DNA of 64,000 bases from the human T2T-CHM13v2.0 reference genome, Homo sapiens: NCBI RefSeq assembly GCF_009914755.1, contig NC_060930.1; one strand, given 5' to 3'. Position numbers and translations under genes: made by a program. Below the pieces are notes generated by a model that saw nothing but the letters and a program-made list of their open reading frames with translations, was not told the origin of the DNA and made no database searches. Shown here in pieces: positions 52,591 through 64,000 of the stretch (position 1 is its first letter; each line of letters begins with the position of its first letter).

Positions 52591-52652
52591 GGGAGCTGTC
52601 CAGGCGCGGAGCTGTCCAGGCGCGGGAGCTGTCCAGGCGCGGGAGCTGTCCA
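52591..52652. repeat. 17-bp tandem repeat x3.7
   Basis: GGGAGCTGTCCAGGCGC; second copy is 16 nt. Confidence 0.95.
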
Positions 52653-53249
52653 CGAGGCACTGACCTTGGTTTCAGAGCCTCTGCAGGGCTTCTGTGTCCT
52701 TTTGGCTGAGCCGACTGGGCAAAAGTTTTAGAAAAGACCCTGGGTGTTGCAGATGGAGAAGGATGATCGTGGCTGACTTTTGCTTGCAGGCAGAAGAACC
52801 ACGGGGCCATCAGCCTGGTGCTGTGGGGGCGCGCTGACTCGTGGTCCGCCCCTGCCCCAAGACTTCAGGTGTATATGGGATTGGATCAGCTATCATCCCG
52901 AGCTCATGGCACGTACAGTGAGCCATGTGTTAATCCATAGACTAACCTTTTTCCTTTTAAAAAATTAGTTGTTTTGTATAATGTAGCGAGCACTGTTTCC
53001 AACAAAAATCTAGGATCTTGGCAGTAACCACTATCTGTTTTACTCTTTCCTCTTTCACTTTTCGCTAGGAGTAATCATTAGCTCCCATCTTGTATTAATT
53101 TTTTTTTTTTTTTACTGTATCTAATTTCCAAAAAAAAAAAATCTGTGTGTTTGCAACTAAGTTATCTTCCTATGTGTAACTTTTTGGGACTTAAGTGATA
53201 ACAGTAATATTACTAAAAATCAACCGTATTGTTGTTTTTCACTGTGGTT

Positions 53250-54660
53250 TATTCCTTCTGACTGCTGTGATATTTTGTGTGGATCTGCTGAAGTTAATTT
53301 ATCCACTCTTCTGTTGATGGGCCTTTGGTCATTTCCAGGTTTTTGCTCTTCTGAAGAGCATGAGATATTCTTTCACATTTTCTGCTGTGCATGTTCCATA
53401 TGTGCATGGTTTTCTCTTTTATATAGACCTGAGTGGAGTAACTAGGTCATAGGGCACACGAATGTTCAATTTTAGGACATAATGTCCTGCTGACTTACAT
53501 AGTTGTTGAACCAGTTAACATTTCACTAGCAATACAGGAGAGCTCTGAGCCACCTCATGGCTGACACTTGGTATTTAATTTTTGCCAGAGGGATGGTTGT
53601 AAATGGTATACCATTTTGGTCTTGATTTGAAATTCCTTGATCACCAGTAACATTGAACATGTCTTAACATATTTATTGATGTACATTTTTCTTTGATTTG
53701 CTTGATCATGTCTTGTTCATTTTATATTGGGTTATTGTGTGTGACCTAGATTAGAATTTTTTCTTTTCATTGGATATTAAGATCCACCATTGTGTGGCTA
53801 GGAGTGGGTTTTTCCTTCTCTCTCCTTTCCAGCATGGTGTGTGCTTTCTCAGTCAGAGGTAATTCATCGTCCTTTATTTCCTGGAATTATACAGACATTC
53901 TTTTCTTGTTTGTTTGCATGTGAATGTGTATGTAGAGATTCTTGATGCTGGTTCTTTGCCAGTTCTGTGTTTTTCCTAGTTTATAACTTACTTCCGTTTT
54001 CTTTAAGCTGTTTTTTGATGAGTATAAACTCTTAAATTGAATAGGTCAACCTCATTAATCTTTTTGAGTCTTAAGAAATCTTTCTCTATCTTAAGATTTC
54101 TGCCAAGTTTTGAAGTTTGGATTTTGATGTTTACATCTTTAATCCATTTAGACAGGGGTGTCCAATCTTTTGGCTTCCCTAGGCCACATTGGAAGAATAA
54201 TTATCTTTGGCCACCTAAAATACACTAATACTCATGATACTTAATGATCTAAAAAAAATCACAAAAAAGATCTCATAATGTTTTAAGAAAGTTTACAAGT
54301 TTGTGTTGGGCTGCATTCAAAGCCATTCTGGGCTGTATGTGGCCCATGGGCCACGGGTTGGACAAGCTTGTGTTTAGAGTTGATTTTTGTACCCAGTACT
54401 GGGTAGGGATCCAATTTTGTCTTTTTCCATATGGAAAACTATTTTGTTTCCAGTTCCGTTTTTATTTCCAGTTCTGTTTATTGAACAGCCTCCTCTTTTC
54501 CCTGACCTATTACTTCTGTCATAATCAAAGTTTAATTCACATTTGTGTCTCTGTGCTCTCTCTTCTAGTCGATTGGTCTCTATTCTAGTCTTTTGATCAG
54601 TTTATTCCTATGCCAACCCCCATCATGTTGATTTTTACATAGACTTTTTATTCTGGACTG
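53250..54660 (-). mobile_element. Old L1 (L1ME-like) fragments with MER30 at ~54152-54368
   Basis: atccactcttctgttgatgggcctttggtcatttccagg; MER30 ends caggggtgtccaatcttttggcttccct...gggttggacaagcttg. Confidence 0.7.
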
Positions 54661-55193
54661 TTACAGTAATGTCCTGGACAAGCAGAGATGTGGTCATTCT
54701 ACTTGTGGGCCTTTCTAGAGAATGTTGATTTTGTAGCATATGTGATGGGAAGTATTGAAACATTTCAGTGGCTGAGTTATATATCCTGATTTGTATTTTT
54801 GAAGATCACACTGGTGCAAGATGGATGAGGAAGTGGGGCTGGCGAGGGATGAGACTAGTGTGGAGGCAGGGGGAGCAGTTAGGTGGCCATTGCTGGAGCG
54901 CAGGTAGTGGTTTTAGCGGGAGTAGAGGTGGAGAAATGTGGACAGATTTGAGATGGGCGTATAGCTGTGGACCTTTCTGATGTATAGAATGCAGCAGACA
55001 AGGTAAAGATGGCACTTAATGTAATGTAATGGGGATGCCACTCTGAGATGGAAAATTCTGGGAAAGGACAGTTTTATAAATTTATAAGCTATCAGATACA
55101 TTATAATGCTACTTTTAATTTGCTTTTCCTTGGAAATAGCTGTTTGGTTATGTATGTTTTATAGCCTGTTCACTCTCTTTTCTCTCCAAATAG

Positions 55194-55318
55194 GTGACTC
55201 TGTTTTGAGAAGTGCAACCAGATCTCTCCTGGAATTCAACACAACAGTGAGCTGTGACCAGCAAGGCACAAATCACAGAGTCCAGAGCAGCATTGCCTTC
55301 CTGTGTGGGAAAACCCTG
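55194..55318 (+). CDS. IGF2R: IGF2R exon 3 (125 nt; [20 protein letters not shown]...LCGKTL; sequon N112-T-T)
   Basis: Acceptor ctcttttctctccaaatag|GT; donor CTG|gtgagt; lies within ORF 55106..55390. Confidence 0.98.
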
Positions 55319-56870
55319 GTGAGTCCACACAGGCACTTGATGTATTTCTTTAAAAAAAAAAAGGTCTGCCCCTTGGTGTTCTGGCTGTAGAGGTATTCCA
55401 GGAAGAATCAGTGAGCAAACTTAGAAACACAAATAAGAAAAACCCTACCAAATGACCATCATCATCAAGAACCAATAAGTAAACAAATTCTAAACTTGTT
55501 ACAACTTTTAAGTAAAACATAGACCATGTCTTTTGTAAAACTACAATTCAAAGTGATTACTGTGTTAAAAATCAGTGCACTGTTTAATGTTTAAGTTATA
55601 GGCATACTTTTTTTTTCTCTAAAACCTCTTCTTCTAGCATTTCATTTTGATAGGTTTTAGGGCAGCATATTTAGTTTTTTAAAAAATATTTTTCTTTCCT
55701 CATTTATATTAAATTAGAGATACCCACATCTATTTAGGAGAAGCCTTGGCCCGTGGGTATGGGGTTCTCAAGTTTTTTGGATATTACCTGGTGTTTAAAG
55801 GGGACATAATTGTGTAAATTATTATGATTGTTCTTATTATGGGCATATTGTATGTAATTTGTTGATTTTAATCTTTAGTTTTTGGAAAGGAACTTGCAGT
55901 AAATAATTGTTTTAGCTCTTGGGAGAAGGAATTGGTATACAAATTCTATGAATGTTCTTGAATCCCAGTAAGAACCCAATCTTTAGGAAAGTCAGGTTGA
56001 GTGAAACTCTGTGGCTACTAAATTGCTTTAAAATATCATTTTAGAATTTGGGACTGTGACTATTGCATCTTCAGGTCCACAGTGTCTTATCTGAAGAACT
56101 TTGAAAATAAAACTAATATTGTTAATTTTGGATCCGCATATAAATTGCATCGTTGTGCATATTGAGACCCAAAAAAGAATCTGTTCGCAGCAGCATTAAA
56201 TGAGATTTATATTACAGAATAAAATATATAGCTCCTGTTTTAACTTCAGCTAATTTCCTTTATGAATTCTGTGTTCACCATACCAGAAATAGAACTGTGA
56301 AGGATAACTCCCTAGACTTGCACGTGGGAGTGAAGAGGCCAGTTCCTGCTGTGCTTGTGTCATCCTGCGATGCTGGGGTTGACCTGTTTGTAGTCCACTC
56401 TGGTTGCGGTTAACAGGAGGGGCTGCCTTGGAGGGTTGGCGTCTGGTGGGTGTACTAACTTGGTCAGATGCAGATGGGCTCCTCATGGGAGCCTTTTCAC
56501 GGGAAGCATGAGGTCACGTTTTCTGGCTTTCGTTTGCTGGCATTTGCTTAAGAGAACATTTGGAGTTTGAGAGGAGAATGACTGAGGATTTCTTCCCATG
56601 AACTCACTCAATGTACTTGCACAGCTGGGGCGGTAGAATTCCTTTGGATTAGTTACACAAAATCCCAACATGATTTTATGAAGCTTTGGTCTCAGAATTT
56701 GCAGATTTGGGAACCTCTTGATGACCCCGTTTAACTAAAGCGGTTGCATCCCCTGCCCTTCTTGCTGCTGCTTTCTTTATTTTAGTAGCCTTTACTGCAT
56801 TCTCATTTTAAAGAAGAATCTTTACAATGTGTGGTATGGTAACATTATAATTACTATTTTTTTTTAATAG

Positions 56871-56969
56871 GGAACTCCTGAATTTGTAACTGCAACAGAA
56901 TGTGTGCACTACTTTGAGTGGAGGACCACTGCAGCCTGCAAGAAAGACATATTTAAAGCAAATAAGGAG
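56871..56969 (+). CDS. IGF2R: IGF2R exon 4 (99 nt, phase 0-0; [33 protein letters not shown])
   Basis: Acceptor tttttttttaatag|GGA; donor GAG|gtaaca; C-x-x-Y-F-E-W-x-T-x-x-A-C motif typical of the end of an MRH domain. Confidence 0.98.
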
Positions 56970-58502
56970 GTAACATGGGAACTTCAAATTACATGCTTAT
57001 GAAGTATACTCTGGGGAACTTTATCTTTCAAATACTGATTCTAACCTTTCCGGGTGAAAATCTTTTTTAGCTTCCAAATTGCATTTGAGCAGAGATACCA
57101 TGTGATTTAATTTTTAAAACTTTTCTGAGTGGTTCTTATTTTTAGGACAGGGCATTTAAAATATCACAGGATGTGATTTTTGGTCCAGATTGGAAATAGA
57201 ATGGCTCATCCATATAGGGCAAGTTAGTTCTTGGTTTCTGGTGCTGTGCAACTCAGTAAACTAAGTGACGTGTTTGGGCTTGGGCTTAGAGTATTCACTC
57301 TACCTGCAGGAGCCATCTGTTTCTGACGCTGCCTGCTTCATCTTCCTTTGCACCTGGCTTTCCACCTGTGTTGTACCCCGCTTTTGATAAGTCTCCTTTA
57401 CCTGTTTGCATTGTTAAATCTCTCTGTCCCTCTCCTCAGCCTTGGGATGACTTCTGGCTGCAATGTGAGTCCAGGTCAGGTATCCCTTAAATTCTTTTCC
57501 AGCTCACCTCAGAGACTAGATTACTAGGTTACTGTTACTATTACGTCCACCCCTTATTATTTGAACCCAGCATTCCTTGGTCAAGACATTCTTCTTGGGT
57601 GCATGTATGTATATATATCTATATACATACACACTGACCTATATGTATTATGTGCAACATGATATTTTGAAATATGTATACATTGAGGAATGGCTACATT
57701 GAGCTAATTACATATGTGTTACCTCACATATTTCGTTTTTTTTTTTTTTTTTGTGAGGACTCTTAAAATCTACTCTCTTAGTGATACGCAAGAATAAATT
57801 ACATTGTTATTAACTGTGGTTGTGGTGGTGTTTAATGGATCTCTTGGGCAGGTCATTCTTGTTGACTAATGGAATGTCCCCTTCCCCAGCCTGGATTCCC
57901 TCATGTTGCACTGCTACTTGATTCTCCCTGGTCCTGGGGAAGAGCAGACTGTGTTCCTTCTGCCGCTTCTCCATGCCCACCACCCCAGATCCTAAAGGGA
58001 ATTTCCTGTTCTCACCTTGATAACAATCTTAATTAATTGATTATCTCACTTTTCTCTCCTACTTTCTGTTTTTAAGAACTTTCAAAGGTTGTAAGGATTC
58101 AGGAACTAATGAATGGTCATAATCAGTAATTTTTACTAGTGGCCTAATACCATGCAGTTTAATAAGACAAAAAGAAATGTTTATTTAAAAACATTAATTC
58201 AGATTAAATTATGAACAATAAATCACTGATATTTTCAGATATGGTCATCTATGAAGGGAAAGACAGTGTCATATGGAAGTGGAAGTGGTAAAATACTGCC
58301 CAGGAAAGCCATAAGGAGCATTCAATGAAAAAAAAAAAGTTTAAAGTGGAAAGAATTAAGGCTGATATTTAGGAGACAGTGTCAAATGTAAGCTTCATTT
58401 AAAAACTTAGGTGAAGCTGTTAGATGACATACTGTTAGCGGTGGGAAAAGCATCTCAAAGCAGACATCTGTTTGGGGTTTGGGGGTGAGGGTGGGAGCAC
58501 AG

Positions 58503-58885
58503 TGTGTTCATTCTCGCAGTGCTATAAAGAAACACCTGAGACTGGGTAATTTATAAAGAAAAGAGGTATAATTAGCTCACAGTTCCGCAGGTTGTAAAGG
58601 AAGAATGGCAGCATCTGCATCTGGAGAAGCCTCAGGAAACTTACAGTCATGGCAGAAGGCAACAGAGTATCGAGCACCTCACGTGGCCAGAGCCTGAGGA
58701 AGAGAGTGGGAGGGGGAGGTGCCGCCCACTTTGAAATGACCAGATCTCACAAGAACTCACTCACTATCATGATAATAGCAAGAAGGGGGTGATGGAATCT
58801 GCCCTCATGATCCAGTCACCTCCCCAGGCCCCGCCTCCAATGTTGAGGATTACAATTTGACACAAGATTTGAGTGGGGACACACA
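58503..58885 (-). mobile_element. MST (MaLR) solo LTR
   Basis: gctataaagaaacacctgagactgggtaatttataaagaaaagagg...gagtggggacac. Confidence 0.85.
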
Positions 58886-58891
58886 GTCATC

Positions 58892-59110
58892 CTGGGATTA
58901 CAGGCATGAGCCACCATGCCCGGCTAATTTATATATATATATATATATATTTTTTTTTTTTTGTTTGTTTGTTTGTTTATTTGTTTGTTTTGTAGAGACG
59001 GGGTTTCTCTATGTTGGCCAGGCTGGCCTTGAACTCCTGACCTCAGGTGATCCGCCTGCCTCGGCCTCCCAAAGTGCTGGGATTACAGGAGTGAGCCCCT
59101 GCGCCTGGCC
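58892..59110 (-). mobile_element. 3'-truncated (tail-less) Alu: left arm, expanded linker, ~35 bp of right arm
   Basis: Flanked by direct repeat CACACAGTCATCCT (58880-58893 and 59114-59127). Confidence 0.85.
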
Positions 59111-61645
59111 CCACACACAGTCATCCTCAAGTGTCCAGTTGGCCGGATCTGAGTTGCTTCCTGTGGGAGGTGGAGGCTGCGGTGACAGTGGTGCCCTCTG
59201 CTCTCCTGTTAGACCCCAGACCTCTCAGTCCCACAGATACTCTCCTGGGCTCTGATTTTCCAACCTGATCATGATACCCTTTTTGTTTTGTTTTGTTTTT
59301 GTTTTATCTGAGTGTACCTCTTATGTCACGTTGCTGAATTGACAGTTGTGTCTTCTACCACCTAGGAAAAAATTGCTTTCCAAAATAAAATGAATAGCAA
59401 CTTGTTTTCAATGGGTCAGAAATCACCAACTACAGCCCATGGTTCAAAGCCTGCCCTGGCCTGTTTTTGTACAACCCCAGGACTAAGAATGGTTTTCACA
59501 TTTTTACAGGATTGTTACAAAACAAAGAGGAATATGCCACAGAGACCTATGTGACCTGCAAAACCCAAAATGTAGATACCACATGGTTCTTTGTAAAAAA
59601 AAAAAAAAAAAAAAAAAAGGTGCTGATCTGTGTTCTAAATAGTTTTTGGGGTGGGAATGGGGAGGTATAGTCTGTGTTTTTCTCAAAACAATGACATTTA
59701 ATTTCTCTTAGAAGCAGATTGAAGATGCATGAGAAACATTTGTACTTTGTACTCTCTTACCTCTTCAGGTGTAATTGGCAGCTGGGGCTTTATTCATTGA
59801 GTTTTCATTTATTGAGAGCCTATTGTGAGCTAAGCAGTAGGAATTTTGTTAAATTTTGGAATGCTTTCAGGGAGCCTATAGACTAATGGTGTGAAGGACA
59901 TATCCATATTCATTAACTCATTTTTTTTTGTCTTATGGATAGATTAAATGGAAAGAACTGAAAAGCATAATGACTGCTAAAAATGTAGTGCTGTCACTGT
60001 TAGCAAATCTTAATAAAGCGTATGCCCTTTTTTCTGCTTTCAGTTTGATTTGATTACACCTTACAGGCTTGGTATGATAAGTTTAAAACATATTGAAGGT
60101 TTATGTACTTATAAAAACCTCATCATTCCCTAAAGAAAAAAAATCTCAATTTGGTTTAGTGTCATTGTAGTCTTGCTTTCTACATCTTACTAATGTCTCA
60201 TTTATTTATTCATTTTGCTCTGTCACATTTAGAATGATTTTGATGGGCAAAAATCATGGTAGTTACAAACAGCCCTTTAAAACTATTGTTATACTTTGTT
60301 CAGTGGATTCTGGTAGAGGCTTTAAGGTAATTATTTCTTTAAAGCATTGTGTAAATATACCTCCTACTGTAGTGCCCTTGGGAACAGGCAAAATTCAGAA
60401 CTGGCCTGCTAGCAGTCTTACCAGGGTTATAAAAGTAAGATTATTATATATAAAACAGCATTAACTCAATGCGTGGTGTGTTGCAGCTGGCAAACAACCT
60501 CGCTCCCCAGGCTGCTAAATTCGTGGTCTTATGAATGTCTCCATTGCTGTGTTTGCTGTAGCAGGAAGTGGGAGGGTGTTCCCCAGTAGCCTTGACTGTT
60601 TACCAATGCACACTCCAGTTCTGTGGAGTGCTGTGTGAGGCATGTCTTCTCTTCCCTCCTGGAGTAGGGAGACAGCCAGTAGTTGCTACCTGCCCCGAGC
60701 AGGGTGCTTGCAGATCTTGCCTATGTGGAATCCTCTAAGTGTCTTGGTGAAATGCAGCTGTTTTCAGAATGAAGAGTTCTTTCATTTTCCCTTCTTGCCA
60801 TATGCCATCTTGCTCCCTTTTCCATCATAGGCTTTTATTTTGCTGGTTAGAGAATTGCATCTTGTCTTGCATCCTACCCAGTCCACTGACTCACTCCCCT
60901 CTTGGGTTAATGTTTTCATATGATCTTGCTGTGGGATGACAAGCTTTAGATTTGCAGGATAATGGGCACTTGTGGCTTTTTACTGTAACCCAATTATAGT
61001 CTGTGGCAATAATTTTCTTTTAGTTGCCTTTCTGCATGAATCTGGTGGTAGGCTTAAGCTCCATGTGCTGGTACCCTCTGAGCACTAGAGGTTCTAACTT
61101 CCTCCATTATTAGTAGAAACACTTAGGTGTCTGAGAAGTATTTTAGGCGACAGGCAACTTTGCTTTGAGGATATGGTCAAAATGAGTTCAAGTGCCTTTG
61201 AGGCTGTGAGTAGGTGTAGGTCGTTTGATTCACTCTATTAGCTCTCCATGAATCTCTGACAGCAGGACTGGGGAAAAAGGTTAGTGGGTTAGAGCATTCC
61301 TGCAGATTTGATAGCCTATTTCTAAGAGAAATTTGAAAGCTAAATATTAAGCAGTTAACTTTTGTAAATAGACCTGTCTGTGAATTGCTTCAGTCTAAAA
61401 GATAAAATTTTGGGAAACTTATCCACAGAAAATAATAAAACTATCTACTTTGAAATGATTTCAGAGAACATGAAGTTTTAGAATATTCTTTGGAAGAGGT
61501 AATTAAAATGATGCCAGTGTATTATTTTGGAAATAAAACTTACAGGAATGTTTCACATAGTCATGGTTCACTTGGTGACCAGGGCCTTTTTTACTCTGGG
61601 GGGGATTCCTTTCTGGGCTTGAGTTCTTGCTGTGATGCGGAAGTT

Positions 61646-61797
61646 GGGTGCCCCTACTTCATGAAACTGTACCGCAAAGATGTGGGTGCCCCTACTTCAT
61701 GAAACTGTACCGCAAAGATGTGGGTGCTCCTACTTCATGAAACTGTACCGCAAAGATGCGGGTGCCCCTACTTCATGAAACTGTACTGCAAAGATGT
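61646..61797. repeat. 38-bp minisatellite x4
   Basis: gggtgcccctacttcatgaaactgtaccgcaaagatgt starting at 61646, 61684, 61722, 61760. Confidence 0.95.
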
Positions 61798-61874
61798 GGC
61801 CTCAGAGCCATGGTTTCTGTCCTGGGCAGGGAGTCTTGCAGCCTGGGGCAGTTTCACCATCTGAGCACAGACCC

Positions 61875-62279
61875 TGATATAGTTTGGATTTTGTCCCTCC
61901 CCAAATCTCACATTGAATTTGAATCCCTAATGCTGGAGGTGGGGCCTGGTGGAAGGTGATTAAATCATGGGGGTCCCTCATGAATGGTCTAGCACCATCC
62001 CCTTGGTGCTGTCCTCATGACAGTGAGTGAATTCTCATGAGATCTGGTTGTTTCAAAGTTTCTGGTTGTTTCACTCTCACCGTCTTGCTCCTGCTTTTGC
62101 TGTGAGATATGCTTGCTCCCACTTCACCTTCTGCCGTGAGTGAAAGCTTTTTGAGGCCTCCCCAGAAGCCGAGCTATGCTTCCTGTACAACCTGCAGAAC
62201 TGTGAGCCAGTTAAACTTCTTTTCTTTATAAATTACCCAGTCTCAGGTATTTATAGCAGTGCAAAAACAACCTAATACA
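61875..62279 (+). mobile_element. MST (MaLR) solo LTR, sense
   Basis: tgatatagtttggattttgtccctccccaaatctcac...cctaataca. Confidence 0.88.
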
Positions 62280-62299
62280 GACTGCTTGGGACTGGGCTG

Positions 62300-64000
62300 G
62301 CTTTTTTGGCCTGCTGCCAGCGATGGGCCACAGGTGGGAGACTCACTGAGTTAAGGGCATTAGAACTTGGTGGGTCCTGCTATTGCCTGCTATGCTGTGG
62401 AGCTCAGGCTGCACCTCTTTTTACCATGTGGGCTCTTTGATGTGGTAGAGGCGCCTCTGTCCCTCCCCAGAATGTTGCCCTGGAGGCCCGCTGATCACCG
62501 TTGGGGCCAGTGCTTGTCTCAGCTGTTGGAGAGCCTGAATATGTGCTTGCCTGACCCAGCTCCACCCAGCTTTCCTTCCTCAATCTGCCTTGCTGGCAGA
62601 ACACAAGACAGTGATGCTTAGGTGTCCCATGGCCCCACCCATTGTCTGGGACATGGGAGTAGCCTCCTCGTTAACAAAAGCCAAGCATAAATCCTGTTGC
62701 CACCACTGCAGCTGCCTCTTTCCTGCAAGTACCACTTCCTGGCCAGGAGATGAACTTGCGTAGCCCATCTGCTGAGACAAGTGCACAATTGCACAGTGCT
62801 ACGGCAGGAGACAAGCTTTCCATGACCTCAGTTACCATCATCCCTCACCACACCCTGGCTACTCAGAAGGCCCTGAGCCTGCTCACCAGCCTGGTATATT
62901 ACTACTACAACTGATGTTTGAGAAAGTCACCACACAAAGCCTATCTATAACCAAGGAATTCATACAGTCTTTGACGCTGAAAGCGTCCAGAAGCAAAGCC
63001 AAATAAAACTATGCAACATACATTATAGTCACATTCTCAGGGCGGGGGGAACCCTCTAGTCAAAGCAAAAGTAAATTCAAACCAAAAAGTGACAGTTTCT
63101 CTAGATGAGAAGGAAGCAGGGTAACAATTCTGGAAATATGAAAAAGCAGGGTGTTATAGCACCCTGAAGGATCATATTAATCTTCCAGAAACAGATCCTA
63201 ACCAAAGTGAAATGCTTGAAATACTAGTTAAAGAATTCAAAATATTAATTTTAAAGAAGCTTAATGAGATACATGAGAAAGTTGAAAACCAATACAAAGA
63301 GATCAGAATATCAATCCAGGATATAAATGAGAAATTTACCAAAGAGATGTTTTAAAAAAATCAAGTAGAATTTCTAGAAATGAAAAATTTATTATAGGAA
63401 TTATAAAATTGAGTTGAAAGTTTCAACCATAGACTAGACGAAGCAGAAGGAAGAATCTCAGAACTTGAAGACAGGTCTTTTGGATTAATCCAATCAGGCA
63501 AAAACAAAGATTCAAAGGAAATGAACGAAGTGTTTGAGAAACGTGGGACTACATGAAACATCCAAACCTATAAAGCATAGATATTACTAAGGGAGAAGAA
63601 CAAACAAAATCTGGAAAATGTATTTGAGGACATAATTGATGTAAACTTCTTTAGTTTAGCAGGAGATCTAGACCTCCAAATATAGGAAGCTCAAAAAATT
63701 CTAAGGAAATATGTTGCAAGGAGGACTTCACCACAACATATAGCCATGAGACTGTATGAGGTCAACATGAAGGAAAAAATCCTATCCACGAGAAAAGTAT
63801 CTAATCACCTATAAAGAAAATCCCATCAAACTAATAGGGGACTTCTCAGGAGAAACTTAAGAGCCAGAGAGATTGGGTTTCTCTTTTCAAGGTGCTTAAG
63901 GAAAAAAAATCTGTCAACCCTGAATTTTGTATCCTGCCAGAATAAGTTTCATGTATGAAGGAAAAATAAAGTCTTTCTCAGACATGCAAATGCTGAGGGA
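62300..64000 (+). mobile_element. Old L1 5'UTR/ORF1 region, continuing beyond the window
   Basis: ORF1-like aaagaattcaaaatattaattttaaagaagc...gaagaatctcagaacttgaagacagg...ttttgtatcctgccagaataag, broken by stops and frameshifts. Confidence 0.85.

Larger units (their letters stand above)
51400..52870. promoter_or_regulatory. Intron-2 CpG island (IGF2R DMR2 / imprint-control-region homologue, AIRN-associated)
   Basis: Isolated CpG-rich block with internal tandem repeats inside intron 2; position matches the established Igf2r region-2 DMR. Methylation cannot be seen in sequence. Confidence 0.85.
49440..53850 (-). ncRNA. AIRN: AIRN antisense lncRNA locus (approximate; ends not determinable from sequence)
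   Basis: Established knowledge that AIRN is transcribed antisense from the IGF2R intron-2 CpG-island region; extent recalled, not derived. A minus-strand AATAAA (TTTATT on +) lies at 49456-49461. Confidence 0.45.

Noticed and set aside
51805-52663. Pro/Cys/Ala-rich ORFs up to 212 aa with internal repeats
   Set aside because: Products of the C-rich 60-bp repeat (length divisible by 3); mostly non-ATG starts and no recognisable domain.
58503-58885. Antisense MST LTR as an upstream AIRN promoter
   Set aside because: Donor-like site is intact (ACTTAC on +, 58639-58644) but the TATA region is degenerate and the LTR start is disrupted by an Alu; too little support.
59900-61600. Repeat-poor stretch in intron 4 examined as a possible exon, snoRNA or processed pseudogene
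   Set aside because: No ORF resembling the next receptor segment, and no convincing box C/D or H/ACA structure or poly(A)/TSD seen; a conservation search would be needed.

Overview
Human-type (primate) genomic DNA containing the 5' part of IGF2R (cation-independent mannose-6-phosphate/IGF-II receptor, + strand). It holds ~15 kb of repeat-rich upstream DNA, the CpG-island promoter with four E-box/CLEAR motifs, and coding exons 1-4 (15431-15579, 37368-37507, 55194-55318, 56871-56969). These exons join in frame into residues 1-171, and the gene continues past the window. Intron 2 carries a second CpG island (~51400-52870), the counterpart of the imprint control region/antisense AIRN promoter. 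The rest is mostly Alu, L1, MIR/L2, MaLR/ERV LTR and DNA-transposon relics plus several minisatellites; nearly all ORFs in the supplied track are noise. Best leads: (1) a sense THE1 LTR 0.6 kb upstream of exon 2 with TATA, ATG and splice donor that would splice in frame to exon 2 and transcribe across the intron-2 DMR; (2) an antisense LTR at the edge of the DMR with an intact CCAAT-CCAAT-TATA promoter; (3) CpG-decay and strand-skew signatures in the DMR repeats; (4) an in-frame CUG in strong Kozak context 87 nt upstream of the IGF2R ATG; (5) a tail-less Alu flanked by a 14-bp direct repeat. Repeat families were recognised by eye and their boundaries are approximate unless target-site duplications (TSDs) are given. 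All functional claims in the findings are hypotheses.
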